A stretch of 64,000 nucleotides of DNA from an uncultured delta proteobacterium (lineage in GTDB: Bacteria; Desulfobacterota; Binatia; UBA9968): NCBI GenBank assembly GCA_963760795.1, contig CAVXEP010000029.1, forward strand, positions 1 through 64,000, read 5' to 3'. Positions 42,853-53,014 of the stretch are shown piece after piece (the first letter of the stretch is position 1; every line of letters starts with the position of its first letter). Both the position numbers and the translations under genes were made by a program. The notes beneath the pieces were generated by a model. The model did not search any database and was not told the DNA's origin. It was given only the letters and a program-made list of their open reading frames with translations.

Positions 42853-42994
42853 TCTCGCCAAGCCGCAAAGGCGCAAAGCTCGGAAGAAATGTCATTTCGA
42901 CCACAGGGAGAAATCTTCTGAGATCCCTCGCATTCGAAACTCGGGATTACGGGACATTTGCCCGTTACCTTTGCGTCTTGGCGCTTTTGCGAGA
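42853..42994. repeat. Short-period palindromic element (CGCAAAG units) with nested GTCAT-type REP-like sequence
   Basis: TCTCGCCAAG-CCGCAAAG-GCGCAAAG ... CTTTGCG-TCTTGGCG-CTTTTGCGAGA; inner GTCATTTCGACC...CTCGGGATTAC at 42891-42950. Confidence 0.8.
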
Positions 42995-43009
42995 GATATT
43001 CCGATTCGG

Positions 43010-44023
43010 TTAACTTTCCGCCTTGATGTACTTGCCCATCTCTTTCAGCGTCTCGGGCGTTTGGTTGAACAACGCATTAAAATCTTTGGTGACCTGTTCG
43101 GCGGAGATGTATGAAAAATCGATGCGCGCTCTCTTCGCTTCGGCGATGAGCTCTGGATCTTTGATCGCCTTGGCGAATGCTTCGCGCAATACGATCACGC
43201 GATCTTTCGGCGTGTTCGGATGGACGGCGAACGCGCGGCCAATCGCTTGAGGAATAGATTTGATCGACATCAGCGACTTGCCCAGCGCGCTGGTTGCCAG
43301 ATCTTCGTCCACCGGCAGATTTTCATAGCCTGGCAAAGCCGTGCGGCCGCGCACCAGCGGCCTGACGGCGCCACGGTCGGCGGCGAGTTTGATCGTCGTT
43401 GCCAACGCCGACCAGGCGTCCACTTCTTTCCGCTCGACAGCCAGCAGGACATCGCTGTTGGAAGGATAACCGGCGACTAATTTTAGTTTGGCGCCGGCGA
43501 ATTCCTTCAGCAGCAGGGGGAAGTCATGGGCGTTGGAGCCTGGTCCAGTAGTGCCGGCAACCAGTTCGCGGTCAGCCTTCTTCAAATCGTCAAAGCTCTT
43601 ATAAGGAAGGTCCGGGCGGATCGAGAACATCACGCCGTCGGCGCCGGAGGAGCCGAGCCACTGAAACTTGCGGGCATCGAAGCGCGCCTGTGGAATTTTC
43701 GACATCTGCGCGATGGCGACATTAGGGTTCGCCGCGAGTATGGTCAAGCCATCCGGCTTAGCGATGTTGAATACGTTATTGGTCGCCAACAGATGGGCTG
43801 CGCCAGGCATATGTTGCAAGATCACCGCCGGCTTGCCGGGAATGTATTTGCCCAAATGGTGCGCGACGATGAGCGCGGCGATTTCAAGACTGCCGCTCTT
43901 GGCGCCGATCAGAATGGTGACGGCTTTGCCATCGTAAAAATTTGCCTGTCCGAAAGCCGGCGCTTGCGCAAGGATGAGCCAAGTTAACAGCGAGAAAACC
44001 GTCATCTGCCGAGCTAGCTTCAT
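43010..44023 (-). CDS. TctC/Bug-like substrate-binding protein
   Basis: Signal peptide, FYDGK, LGKYIPG.P, MPGA, KPDGLT, GYP..D..LAVER.EVD; AGGAGG RBS. Confidence 0.85.
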   Translation of the reverse strand: MKLARQMTVFSLLTWLILAQAPAFGQANFYDGKAVTILIGAKSGSLEIAALIVAHHLGKYIPGKPAVILQHMPGAAHLLATNNVFNIAKPDGLTILAANPNVAIAQMSKIPQARFDARKFQWLGSSGADGVMFSIRPDLPYKSFDDLKKADRELVAGTTGPGSNAHDFPLLLKEFAGAKLKLVAGYPSNSDVLLAVERKEVDAWSALATTIKLAADRGAVRPLVRGRTALPGYENLPVDEDLATSALGKSLMSIKSIPQAIGRAFAVHPNTPKDRVIVLREAFAKAIKDPELIAEAKRARIDFSYISAEQVTKDFNALFNQTPETLKEMGKYIKAES

Positions 44024-44066
44024 GTAATCCTCCTGCAATACGATTCTTACCATTGATGTTAAGGGT

Positions 44067-44255
44067 AAATCCGAAATCCGAATATCGAAAGAAGCCCCGC
44101 GGACCGAAACATGGCGCAGCCAAATAAGTTTTAAACCCGAAGAAAATCCAAAACGCCGAATCCACATTGACTTTGTTTGGAATTTTCGGTGTTTTTGAAC
44201 ATTCGAATTTGTTTCGGGCCGCAGGGCCGCTTTCATGCTTCGGATTTCGTGTTTT
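44067..44255. repeat. Short-period palindromic element (7-nt period, AAATCCG / CGGATTT) with a 13-mer in both arms
   Basis: AAATCCGAAATCCGAATATCGAAA[GAAGCCCCGCGGA]CCGAAAC ... GTTTCGG[GCCGCAGGGCCGC]TTTCATGCTTCGGATTTCG. Confidence 0.85.
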
Positions 44256-44343
44256 CCCTTTAGCTAGGTTCATACCAACAACTTTACCGAAGCGACGCAA
44301 GGGTATGTGATTCTATTGACGCCAGTCAAGCCAATTACCACGT

Positions 44344-44820
44344 TTAAAGGCCAAGCCACGCCTGCAGCACGCCTTGTTCGAATTGTAAGTGCACGAGTTT
44401 TTGAAACAGCCCATAAAATATCGCCCAGGTGATTGCCGTTGCTGCGATCGTCGGCAGCGCACCGACACGGCTTTCAAAGCGGAGATAGCAGCAAATAAAC
44501 AGCGGCACGGTGAGCGGAAAGCCGATCAGGTAAACGCAGAGAATGAAACCGGCGATCCAAGAAAACGCCGTGATCACGCGCCGGCGCTCGACCTCAGGCG
44601 GGACGTCGCTGGAAAACTCCAGGTCGACCGCCGCGCTCTCGATAACGTCTGCTTTGCCGAGAAACAGCTGCCAGAGCTGAGTCGCGGCCAGGATCAAAAG
44701 TGGAATACTCACCGACAGCGGAAACAAAGCCGCTTTAAACGGCCATTCGAGCGCCAGGTAGATCGCCGCAGCAGCGACCAAGATGAGGAAAACGCAGAAG
44801 AGTATGCGGCCCTTATGCAT
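44344..44820 (-). CDS. tctB: TctB family protein
   Basis: 4-5 TM segments, FP motif, GF...VPLF; overlaps tctA stop. Confidence 0.8.
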   Translation of the reverse strand: MHKGRILFCVFLILVAAAAIYLALEWPFKAALFPLSVSIPLLILAATQLWQLFLGKADVIESAAVDLEFSSDVPPEVERRRVITAFSWIAGFILCVYLIGFPLTVPLFICCYLRFESRVGALPTIAATAITWAIFYGLFQKLVHLQFEQGVLQAWLGL

Positions 44821-46325
44821 TCGCTTGGCTCTGGGCGCGCTGGCGCCGTTTCTGGATATACGGATAAGCGATCACGAAGAGCATGAGAATGATTAAAAAG
44901 ATAACCATCGGCTGCCTGAGCCAGGCAAAGCCGTAGCGCGCGACAGAAATAAAGAAATAGGTCTCGATGACTTTGCCCAAGACGAAGCCGAGAACGAAGG
45001 GTGGACGAGGCCAGCCGAACAGCACCATAAAATAGCTGAGCAGGCCGAAGATCAGCGTGACAAGCAAATCGATGATCTGGCCGTTGGCGGTGTAACTGCC
45101 GACAAAAACCAGCAGCAGAACGAAAGGTATGATGAGACCACCGCGCACGTTGGTCACTTTGGCCAATTGATCGAGGATCGTTAGGCACAAGAGCACGGCG
45201 ATGATGTTAGCGATCACCAAGGTCCAAACCATCGAGAAGGTAATCGGCAGATGCTTGGTCAGCATGTCGGGTCCAGGTGACAGGCCCATGATCAAAAAGG
45301 CGCTGAGCAGGATCGCCATGGCGCCGCTGCCGGGAACGCCGAAGGCGACCGTCGGGATCAGTTCGCCGCCTTCTTTCGAATTATTCGCCGCGCCCGGTCC
45401 GAGAACACCGCGCACATCGCCTTTGCCGAAGCGTTCTCTGTCCTTGGCATCCTTGGCGCCTTGGACGGCGTGAGCATAGGCCATCCATTGGGCAACGCCG
45501 CCGCCGGCGCCCGGCAGGATGCCGACGAACACGCCGACCACCGAGCAGCGAAACACCAGCCAAAAATGGCGAAAGGTATCTTTGATCCCTTCGATCACGC
45601 CGCTGCGCAAATTCTCCGCCGGCCGCTCGCCGGCGATCGCGGTGCCGCGCACGGTGAGATCGATAATTTCCGGGATCGCGAAGACACCGACCAACACTGG
45701 CACGAAGTCGAGACCTTCCCACAAATACATTAAGCCCCATGTCAAAACGGAGCGACCCGGACTGGCGCTCTTGGCCAATGGTGGAAACCAGCAGACCAAA
45801 CAGACCCATGGCGAATCCCTTGACCTGGCCGCGCGCGCCGGCGCCGCTGAGCGAGGTGATGCAGGATATGCCGATGACCGCCAGCATGAACAACTCCGGC
45901 GAACCAAAGGCGAGCACCAGCGGGCGGACGATCGGAATCGCCAGCGCCAACGCCACCGCGCCGATCAGCGCGCCGACCAGCGAGCTCATCAGCGCCGCGC
46001 CGAGGGCGCGACCAGCCTCGCCATTCTTCGCCATCGGATGACCATCGACAACTGTGGCGGCGGAGATCGCCTCGCCGGGCACACCGAAAAGCACTGAGGT
46101 GATATCGCCAGTGGTCGCGGCGACGGCGTGCATGCCGAGCAGAAACGCGAACGCCTCGGCGGGCTGCATTTTGAAAACGAACGGGATCATCAAGGCGAGA
46201 GTGGCCGCCCCACCGATCCCCGGGAGTAGGCCGACGCAGAAGCCAAGACCCATGCCGACCAGCATCAAGCTGAAAGCTTTCCATTGAAGCACCAGGAAGA
46301 GACCGTCGATGAATGCGTCGAACAT
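44813..46325 (-). CDS. tctA: TctA permease, +1 frameshift at about 45743
   Basis: GLLPGIGG, SVLFGVPG, DGHPMAKNGEAG; then GAANNSKEGG, PTVAFGVPG, PGPDML. Confidence 0.9.
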
Positions 46326-46402
46326 CGTCTGGTGGCCTTTACCGCGGCGACTGGACCCGGTTGCGAAACTGAAGATGTAATAGGGAGACAAACACCGGCG
46401 CG

Positions 46403-46432
46403 ACTATATGGGAGCAGCGATTTTACTGTCAA
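46403..46432 (-). promoter_or_regulatory. Putative sigma70 promoter of tctAB
   Basis: TTGACA-N18-TATAGT on minus strand. Confidence 0.55.
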
Positions 46433-46588
46433 GCAGAGATTCGTACTGAGCGGCGAAATGTGAATAAAGATTTAACCGCAGACCCAAGGTCAGTCCGAAA
46501 AGTTAGCGGCTGGATATTGTTTCAACAGCTGAGGCCAGTGGTTTGGGGCAACTATTTTGCCGAGAAGTTTGCTCTACCCACAGATACT

Positions 46589-49051
46589 TTAGTGCGGCAG
46601 AGCGTGACTTTCGCTGGCGGCGGCGGAAGCGGTGAGACGGGTCAGCAAGCTGACGATCGCATCGTAATTGACCGGTTTGGTGAGATGTGCGTCGAAGCCG
46701 GCTTCCTGGGTACGCCGCCGGTCTTGTTGTTGCCCCCAACCGGTGAGGGCGATGAGAATCATCGGTTTGCCCCAAGGCTGTTGGCGTATCCGGTGCGCGG
46801 CTTGATAACCGTCGAGTCTCGGCATGGCCAGGTCCATTAGGATAATATCCGGCAAGAATTCCGCGGCCGCTTCCACCGCCGCGACGCCGTCCTTGGCAAT
46901 CTGTACTTCGTTACCGTCTTTTTCCAGCAGGCGCGCCAAGGTCTCGGCGGACTGCGGAAAATCATCCGCCACCAGGATCCGCCGGCCACGAACCGGCAAG
47001 GTAGTTTGGTCGATTTGATCTGGTAGAAGGCCGTCGCTGGCCGGGCGATGAGCGGTTACGGGTAATTGCACGGTGAATTCGCTGCCGCGGTTCATGCCCT
47101 CGCTACGGACCTCGACTTTGCCGCCATGCAGTTCGACCAGCCGGTGCACCAGTGTCAAGCCTAGTCCAAGGCCGCCCTCGCTGCGTGTAAACGACCGGTC
47201 CACTTGGTAAAAGAGCTCGAAAACATGGGGCAGGCTTTCCGCCGCGATGCCGACTCCGGTGTCCTTGACTCGGATGACGACGGTATCGCCCGCCTGCTCG
47301 ACATTGAGCCAAACATGACCCGGATCCGGAGTGTACTTAGCGGCATTATTCAAAAGATTCATGAAGACCTGGGTGAGCCGAAGCCGATCGGCCTCGACGT
47401 AGATCGAATCCTGCGACATAGTCACGGTCAGTTCATGTTGCCGTTGGTCGATCAACGGCCGGCTCGATTCCACCGCCGCTTTGACGATCTCGGTGATATT
47501 GAGCGGTTCTTTTTGCAGCGCCAATTTTTCCCGAGTGATACGGCTGACATCGAAGAGGTCATCGGTCAAGCGCGTGAGATACTTCACCTGGCGATCGATG
47601 ATGTCCGGCCCCCAATGTGGATCGGGTAGTGGATTTTTCGGGTCTTGTTGCAGGTTGACGACGTTGCGCACCAGCGACAGGGGATTACGCAATTCGTGGG
47701 CGAGGGTGGCTAAAAACTCATCTTTGCGCCGGTCGGCTTCAAGCAAAGCCTCGCCGCTCAAACGCAGGGCGTCGTCGAGACGTAATTTTTCAACCGCTAG
47801 CCAAGTGCGTTCAGCGACCATATTGATGAGTAAGACTTCCCGTTCGCTCCACTGGCGCGGCTCGGCGTGCGCCATCGCCAATGCGGATACCAGCGTCCCG
47901 TCGCGCATCAGCGGCACCGCGACAAAGGCACCGACACCGACTCGCTGGTAAAACTCTATATGCCCTCTCGTGCGCACATCCTGGGCGACATCCGCGATCG
48001 TCGTGGTTTGACCGGCGCGGCCGGCCTCGGTCAACAACGGTCCAAACACGCCCAGCGGATAGGTGCCGACTAACGACGGGACATGCGGGTGATAATCGCG
48101 TTGAATGATGAACTGATCCCGGTCCGTATCGATCTCAACAAACGTGCAGCGGTTGGCTTTGACATGTTCGCCCAAGGCCACCGCAACGACCCAGGTGAGC
48201 TCGTCGGCGTTGGCCGCGAAGCGTATGCAGTCAGCGAGATCCAAGAGAAAAAGAGTATCCGCTTCGGCCTGTTTCCGCCCTGTGATATCGCGCACCGCGA
48301 CGTTGACTCCGAGTAGTTCGCCACTCGGGTTGTGCACCGGCAAGTAGGTTGCCAGCCAAGAATAGCGCTCGCCGGGGCGCGCTGCCGTAGCACCTTTGAT
48401 TTCGACATCCAAGACTGGCTTACCGCTCTCGATCACCCGGCGGTAATAAACTTCGATGGTATCCGCGAGATCCGGATTGGCGTCCCGAATGGTTTTACCG
48501 ATAAAATACTCCGGCGCCCGGTCATGCATCTCGGCCAACGCCGAGTTCATCGACAGATAGCGCAGATTGAGATCGACAAAACACAAACCCACCGGTGCCG
48601 AAGTGTAGATGGTGTTGAGCAGAGCCAGCCGTTCGTTGGCGATGCGCTCGCTATCGCGCCGGCCGGCTTCGACCGAGTGATGGCGCAGCCCTAAAGTTGT
48701 CACGCTCCAGATCATCAACAGGGCGAAACCTTGATTCTCCAAACTGGCCAACCCAGCCATCGCCGAGGTGCGGTGCATGTAATACGCATCCGCCAGTAGC
48801 ATCACCGTACAGGCTCCCGCCACCGCAACTTTTTCCCACTTGCTGGGCAGTGCCACGGCCAACACCATTGCGGCGGCATAACTGATCGGAATCGCTATAT
48901 GCGCCGCAATCCACAAGTCGAGGAGGTAAAAGAGTCCGACCAAAAGCACCGCCACGATCCAAATGAAACGCGAACCGACACCCAGAAGGGATTGCGGCGT
49001 TGGCGGGGTGGTGCCGATAGTGGGAAGTGGTGCAAGTTGTTGGATATTCAT
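46589..49051 (-). CDS. Membrane hybrid sensor histidine kinase (TM-PAS-GAF-HisKA-HATPase-REC)
   Basis: FLATLAHELRNPL, NLLNNAAKYT, DTGVGI, GLGLGL, ILVADD, MDLAMP, LTKP. Confidence 0.95.
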   Translation of the reverse strand: MNIQQLAPLPTIGTTPPTPQSLLGVGSRFIWIVAVLLVGLFYLLDLWIAAHIAIPISYAAAMVLAVALPSKWEKVAVAGACTVMLLADAYYMHRTSAMAGLASLENQGFALLMIWSVTTLGLRHHSVEAGRRDSERIANERLALLNTIYTSAPVGLCFVDLNLRYLSMNSALAEMHDRAPEYFIGKTIRDANPDLADTIEVYYRRVIESGKPVLDVEIKGATAARPGERYSWLATYLPVHNPSGELLGVNVAVRDITGRKQAEADTLFLLDLADCIRFAANADELTWVVAVALGEHVKANRCTFVEIDTDRDQFIIQRDYHPHVPSLVGTYPLGVFGPLLTEAGRAGQTTTIADVAQDVRTRGHIEFYQRVGVGAFVAVPLMRDGTLVSALAMAHAEPRQWSEREVLLINMVAERTWLAVEKLRLDDALRLSGEALLEADRRKDEFLATLAHELRNPLSLVRNVVNLQQDPKNPLPDPHWGPDIIDRQVKYLTRLTDDLFDVSRITREKLALQKEPLNITEIVKAAVESSRPLIDQRQHELTVTMSQDSIYVEADRLRLTQVFMNLLNNAAKYTPDPGHVWLNVEQAGDTVVIRVKDTGVGIAAESLPHVFELFYQVDRSFTRSEGGLGLGLTLVHRLVELHGGKVEVRSEGMNRGSEFTVQLPVTAHRPASDGLLPDQIDQTTLPVRGRRILVADDFPQSAETLARLLEKDGNEVQIAKDGVAAVEAAAEFLPDIILMDLAMPRLDGYQAAHRIRQQPWGKPMILIALTGWGQQQDRRRTQEAGFDAHLTKPVNYDAIVSLLTRLTASAAASESHALPH

Positions 49052-49221
49052 ATCGACTTAGCAGACAGCGGAAACCACCGGAACAAAGACGTAGTGTATC
49101 AGACACGCTCTAGATCAAACAAGCATAAATACCTGCGCCCACAGGTTTGCTTCGGGACGCTTGACAACCTCCCGAGCCCAGACAATAGATAACGGAATCA
49201 CCATTAGGATAGGGAGATTCG

Positions 49222-50820
49222 ATGGCCAACAGGGTAAAATATTATCGAGATTTTCGCGAGCACTTAACGGCGCTCGAAGAGCGCGGGAAATTAGTCCGCA
49301 TCCAGCGCGAAATCAACAAAGACACCGAGCTGATGCCGCTGGTGCGCTGGCAGTTTCGCGGATTGGAAGAGCACGACCGCAAGGCCTTCATGTTCGAGAA
49401 AATCATCGATTCCAAGGGTAAACGTTACTCCATGCCTGTAACCGTGGGAACCTTGGCGGCAACCACGGAAATCTACGCCATCGGCATGATGTGCGAGCCC
49501 GAACAAATCGCCGAGCGCTGGAATCAAGCACAGCTGAACCCCTTTGACCCGATCAAAGTAACTTCGGCGCCTGTCCATGAGGTGATCTGGCAGGGTCAAG
49601 ATATTCTCAACGGCCATGGCCTCGACATGATCCCGGTGCCGATCTCGACCCCGGGCTTCGATAACGCACCTTATTTGACCTCGGCCAACTGGATCACCAA
49701 AGACCCTGAAACCGGCATCTACAACATCGGCAACTATCGTAGCCAGATCAAGTCGGCCAACCGCACCGGCGGCTTGTTCACTACGCAACATATGGGACAG
49801 CACTGGCGCAAGGCGAAAGCCAAGGGGCAGCGGCTGGAAGCTTGCATCGCCATCGGCGTGGTGCCGAGTATCGCCTACTCAGCGACCGCCAAGATCCCCT
49901 ACGATTTCGACGAATACCGTCTAGCCGGCGGCCTAGCCGGCGCGCCAGTGGAGGTCGTACAAGCGAAAACCGTGGACTTATTGGTGCCCGCCACCGCGGA
50001 AATCATCATCGAAGGAACGATTCCCACAGACATCGTCGAGCCCGAAGGGCCGTTCGGCGAATATCCCGGCTACATGGGCCATCGCACCGAATCGCCATTT
50101 CTCGAAGTCACCTGCATCACGCACCGGCGCGATGCGATTTACACCGCGCTGATGAGCCAGTTCCCGCCCAGCGAATCGAGCAAGATCAAGCACACCGGCA
50201 CCGAGAAGATTATCTACAAACTGCTGCGTCATGACAGCGGCAATTCGGCGGTACTCGATGTCTCGCTGCACGACGAAGTCAGCGGCAGCGGCCAAGCCTA
50301 TTGCGTGATCAAAATGCGCAACGCCACCAAGGCCGAAGCCTGGCGCGCGCTCCATGCCACCGCTGGATTCACCGGCAGCTACGCCAAAGTTTGCGTCGCG
50401 GTGGATGAAGACATCGACATTCACGATCCGGCGATGATCAACTGGGCGATCTGCTACAACATGCGTCCCGAGGAAGATGTCGTGATCTCCAAAGGTAAAA
50501 TGCCCGGCCTCGATCCTTCGACCTACCCGCCGGGAATGGAAAGCGAAGACCGGCGCGCCGCGTCAACGTCGGCATTATTGATCAACGCCATCCGTCCCTG
50601 GCCCTATACGCCGGTGTCGCTGCCCAAGAAAGAGTTCATGGAGCGGTCCAAAAAGATCTGGGAAGAGCTCGAGCTGCCGCCGCTCAAGCCGCGCATGCCC
50701 TGGTACGGTTACAGCCTGGGCGCTTGGACTAAGCAAGACGAAGAAGAAGCGGACCTGGCGGTCAAAGGCGATTACTTCGAAACCGGTAAGAAGCAGACCG
50801 GGCAGAGGAAGAAATCGTAA
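49222..50820 (+). CDS. UbiD family decarboxylase (second paralogue)
   Basis: DFREHL, NIGNYR, EGPFGEYPGY, AVDEDID, INWAI. Confidence 0.92.
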   Translation: MANRVKYYRDFREHLTALEERGKLVRIQREINKDTELMPLVRWQFRGLEEHDRKAFMFEKIIDSKGKRYSMPVTVGTLAATTEIYAIGMMCEPEQIAERWNQAQLNPFDPIKVTSAPVHEVIWQGQDILNGHGLDMIPVPISTPGFDNAPYLTSANWITKDPETGIYNIGNYRSQIKSANRTGGLFTTQHMGQHWRKAKAKGQRLEACIAIGVVPSIAYSATAKIPYDFDEYRLAGGLAGAPVEVVQAKTVDLLVPATAEIIIEGTIPTDIVEPEGPFGEYPGYMGHRTESPFLEVTCITHRRDAIYTALMSQFPPSESSKIKHTGTEKIIYKLLRHDSGNSAVLDVSLHDEVSGSGQAYCVIKMRNATKAEAWRALHATAGFTGSYAKVCVAVDEDIDIHDPAMINWAICYNMRPEEDVVISKGKMPGLDPSTYPPGMESEDRRAASTSALLINAIRPWPYTPVSLPKKEFMERSKKIWEELELPPLKPRMPWYGYSLGAWTKQDEEEADLAVKGDYFETGKKQTGQRKKS

Positions 50821-50832
50821 GCGCGATAAGGA

Positions 50833-50866
50833 AATGGCGGAAGGATAACTTCGTCCGTCATTCTTC
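50833..50866. terminator. Hairpin between convergent genes
   Basis: AATGGCGGA ... TCCGTCATT followed by CTTCT. Confidence 0.5.
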
Positions 50867-50870
50867 TACC

Positions 50871-51323
50871 TTAGAAAAGAACTGGCACCCAACGTTTCAC
50901 CGCCGCCAGATAATTCACATAGGGCTGGCCGAGGATTTGAATTAGCTTTTTCTCGTCGCCGACCACACGGCGGTGAAACCATATTGCAGTGGCGACGGTG
51001 ATTGACGCTGCGAGCCAGGATTTTAAGGTCAGGGTGAGGCCGATGAGAAAGATCATGTGGCCCAAGTACATCGGGTTGCGCGTATAGCGATAGAGACCGG
51101 TGGTAACCAACCGCTCCGGCGGCGTTTCCACTCCCGGACCACCACCACCACGCCTCACCCGGTAGCGGCCGCACAGTCGATATTGCAAATAGCCCCAGAG
51201 CATCAGTGGCAGGAACCAGAGATTGGCTTGAAATTGGCTTCGCTCCATCGCCAGTTCCCACACTAAGGCGATTGCGGGATAGATCACGAAGGTTCGCACC
51301 GGTGTGCGGCTAAAGAATCTCAT
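50871..51323 (-). CDS. Isoprenylcysteine carboxyl methyltransferase / PEMT family membrane protein
   Basis: LVTTGLYRYTRNPMYLG, DEKKL...G..Y..Y...VKRW. Confidence 0.85.
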   Translation of the reverse strand: MRFFSRTPVRTFVIYPAIALVWELAMERSQFQANLWFLPLMLWGYLQYRLCGRYRVRRGGGGPGVETPPERLVTTGLYRYTRNPMYLGHMIFLIGLTLTLKSWLAASITVATAIWFHRRVVGDEKKLIQILGQPYVNYLAAVKRWVPVLF

Positions 51324-51334
51324 CGTTACACAGC

Positions 51335-52090
51335 ATGTCCCTTGATCTAACACAGGTTCTGGTCGGCGTCGCCCTGTTGTTCGCCGCGTTCGTGAAAGGT
51401 GCCACCGGTTTGGGCTTTCCGCTGATTGCGACGCCGATGGTGGCGCTACTCTTGGACATTCGCGTCGCCGTAACGATACTTATCCTGCCCAATCTTTTGA
51501 TGGATATCACTCAGGTGTTTCGCGACGGCTTTCCCGACACGGTCCTGCAGCGTTTCAAATCTATGATCGGTCTGACCATCATCGGGGTTTTCCTTGGCAC
51601 GATGGTGTTAGTGATGCTGCCGCTGTGGGCGCTCAATTTGTGTCTCGGCATTATGATCATCGTCTTCGTGGTTTCCAACCTGCTCAAGTTGGACTTCGCC
51701 ATATCTCCCGCGGCGGAAAAAACACTGTCGCCGATTGTCGGGCTGCTGAGCGGGTTCTTAAACGGCATGACCAATGCCGCCGGACCGATCTTGGCGATTT
51801 ACTTCTACAGCCTAAAATTAGAGAAGCGAAACTTCGTCAAATCCGTCGCGACGATCTTCATGATCACCAAGGCGGCACAGCTGATCGCGGTATCGACCTG
51901 GAATCTGTTCAATTGGAATACGCTTACGCTGTCGCTCCAAGTGGTGCTCTTCACGCTGATTGGGTTTTTCGCCGGACTGAAGACTCAGGATCGGGTGAAT
52001 CAAACCACCTTTAGTCGGGGCTTGATGGTGCTGTTGTCGATTATCGGTGTGATCCTGATCGCCCGGGCGCTCACCCAAGCGCTGCATTGA
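51335..52090 (+). CDS. TauE/SafE (TSUP) family exporter
   Basis: FVKGATGLGFPL, GLLSGFLNG..GP, about 8 TM segments. Confidence 0.88.
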   Translation: MSLDLTQVLVGVALLFAAFVKGATGLGFPLIATPMVALLLDIRVAVTILILPNLLMDITQVFRDGFPDTVLQRFKSMIGLTIIGVFLGTMVLVMLPLWALNLCLGIMIIVFVVSNLLKLDFAISPAAEKTLSPIVGLLSGFLNGMTNAAGPILAIYFYSLKLEKRNFVKSVATIFMITKAAQLIAVSTWNLFNWNTLTLSLQVVLFTLIGFFAGLKTQDRVNQTTFSRGLMVLLSIIGVILIARALTQALH

Positions 52091-52134
52091 GTCTTGATTA
52101 TTTCGGCAAAATCACAGAGCGCAATGAATTTGGC

Positions 52135-52857
52135 TCACAGCGCCGGCGCGTAAAGATTATTTGGCAATGCGCGCACGTAATCGATCGCCTCTTTGAGCGG
52201 GATCACGTCGGCATATTTCATCGCCATGTCGAACAGATTGATCTTGTGCGAAGCCTGACCGCGGTCGAAAACACATTCTTCGACCACCGAAACTTTCAGA
52301 TTATAGGAAAACGCGTCGATGACGCTGGCGCGCACGCAGCCGCTGGTGGTGGTGCCGCAGACCAGCAAGCTGTCGGCATGAACCTCGGTCAGCATGCTCA
52401 TGAGCGCCGTGCCGAAAAAAGCGCTGGGCTTTTGCTTGCGCACGATGATATCGCCCGGCTGGGGCGCGATCTCGTCGACGATCTGATTGGCTTTTTCCCA
52501 TTGCTCGGTCATATCTTCCGTGGATCGGTTGCTCTTGGCCGCCCAACCGCCGATCAGCACGGTAGAATTGGCGCGATTCTCCTCGGCAGTGGTATAAAAC
52601 GTCGGCACATGCTTTTTGCGAGCTTCCCCGAGCAACTCGCCGATGGCATGGACGCCATCCCAACCTTCCTCGCCGCAACTGGTGCGAAAGCGCTTGACCG
52701 ACTCGAGAATCGGCTCTGGCTTGTCGCCGGTAAAATTGTAATTGACGTCGATAATGAGCAGCGCCGGCCGTTGCCCGAGGCCGGCTTTCTTGCCGAAACC
52801 GGAAAGCGCAAACACCTCTTTGTCGCGCGGGGTCAGAATATCGTCCCAGGTCGCCAT
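52135..52857 (-). CDS. Isochorismatase-family cysteine hydrolase (maleamate amidohydrolase / N-carbamoylsarcosine amidase-like)
   Basis: PALLIID, KQKPSAFFGT, GTTTSGCVRAS.IDAFS. Confidence 0.9.
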   Translation of the reverse strand: MATWDDILTPRDKEVFALSGFGKKAGLGQRPALLIIDVNYNFTGDKPEPILESVKRFRTSCGEEGWDGVHAIGELLGEARKKHVPTFYTTAEENRANSTVLIGGWAAKSNRSTEDMTEQWEKANQIVDEIAPQPGDIIVRKQKPSAFFGTALMSMLTEVHADSLLVCGTTTSGCVRASVIDAFSYNLKVSVVEECVFDRGQASHKINLFDMAMKYADVIPLKEAIDYVRALPNNLYAPAL

Positions 52858-53014
52858 GAGAAATCCTCCCTGTCTACAAGTTAGCGCGATGTTCATAACA
52901 AACCGGCGGCGATGTCAAGACGATATTGCTGCCGACGCATTGACCCCAAGCCAGGACCGACGCTTATAACGTGGAAAGCGCAGTGACAAGTCGTTAAAGG
53001 TAGCCACGCCAACC

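Noticed and set aside
41828-44236. Long N-terminal extensions of ORFs 40820..41926, 41939..42904 and 43010..44236
   Set aside because: Extensions are translations of repeat elements; downstream ATGs (41827, 42817, 44023) fit family N-termini and RBS
44316-44329. FNR/Crp-like palindrome TTGAC-GCCA-GTCAA
   Set aside because: Single instance overlapping a plausible -35, no regulator nearby, too little support
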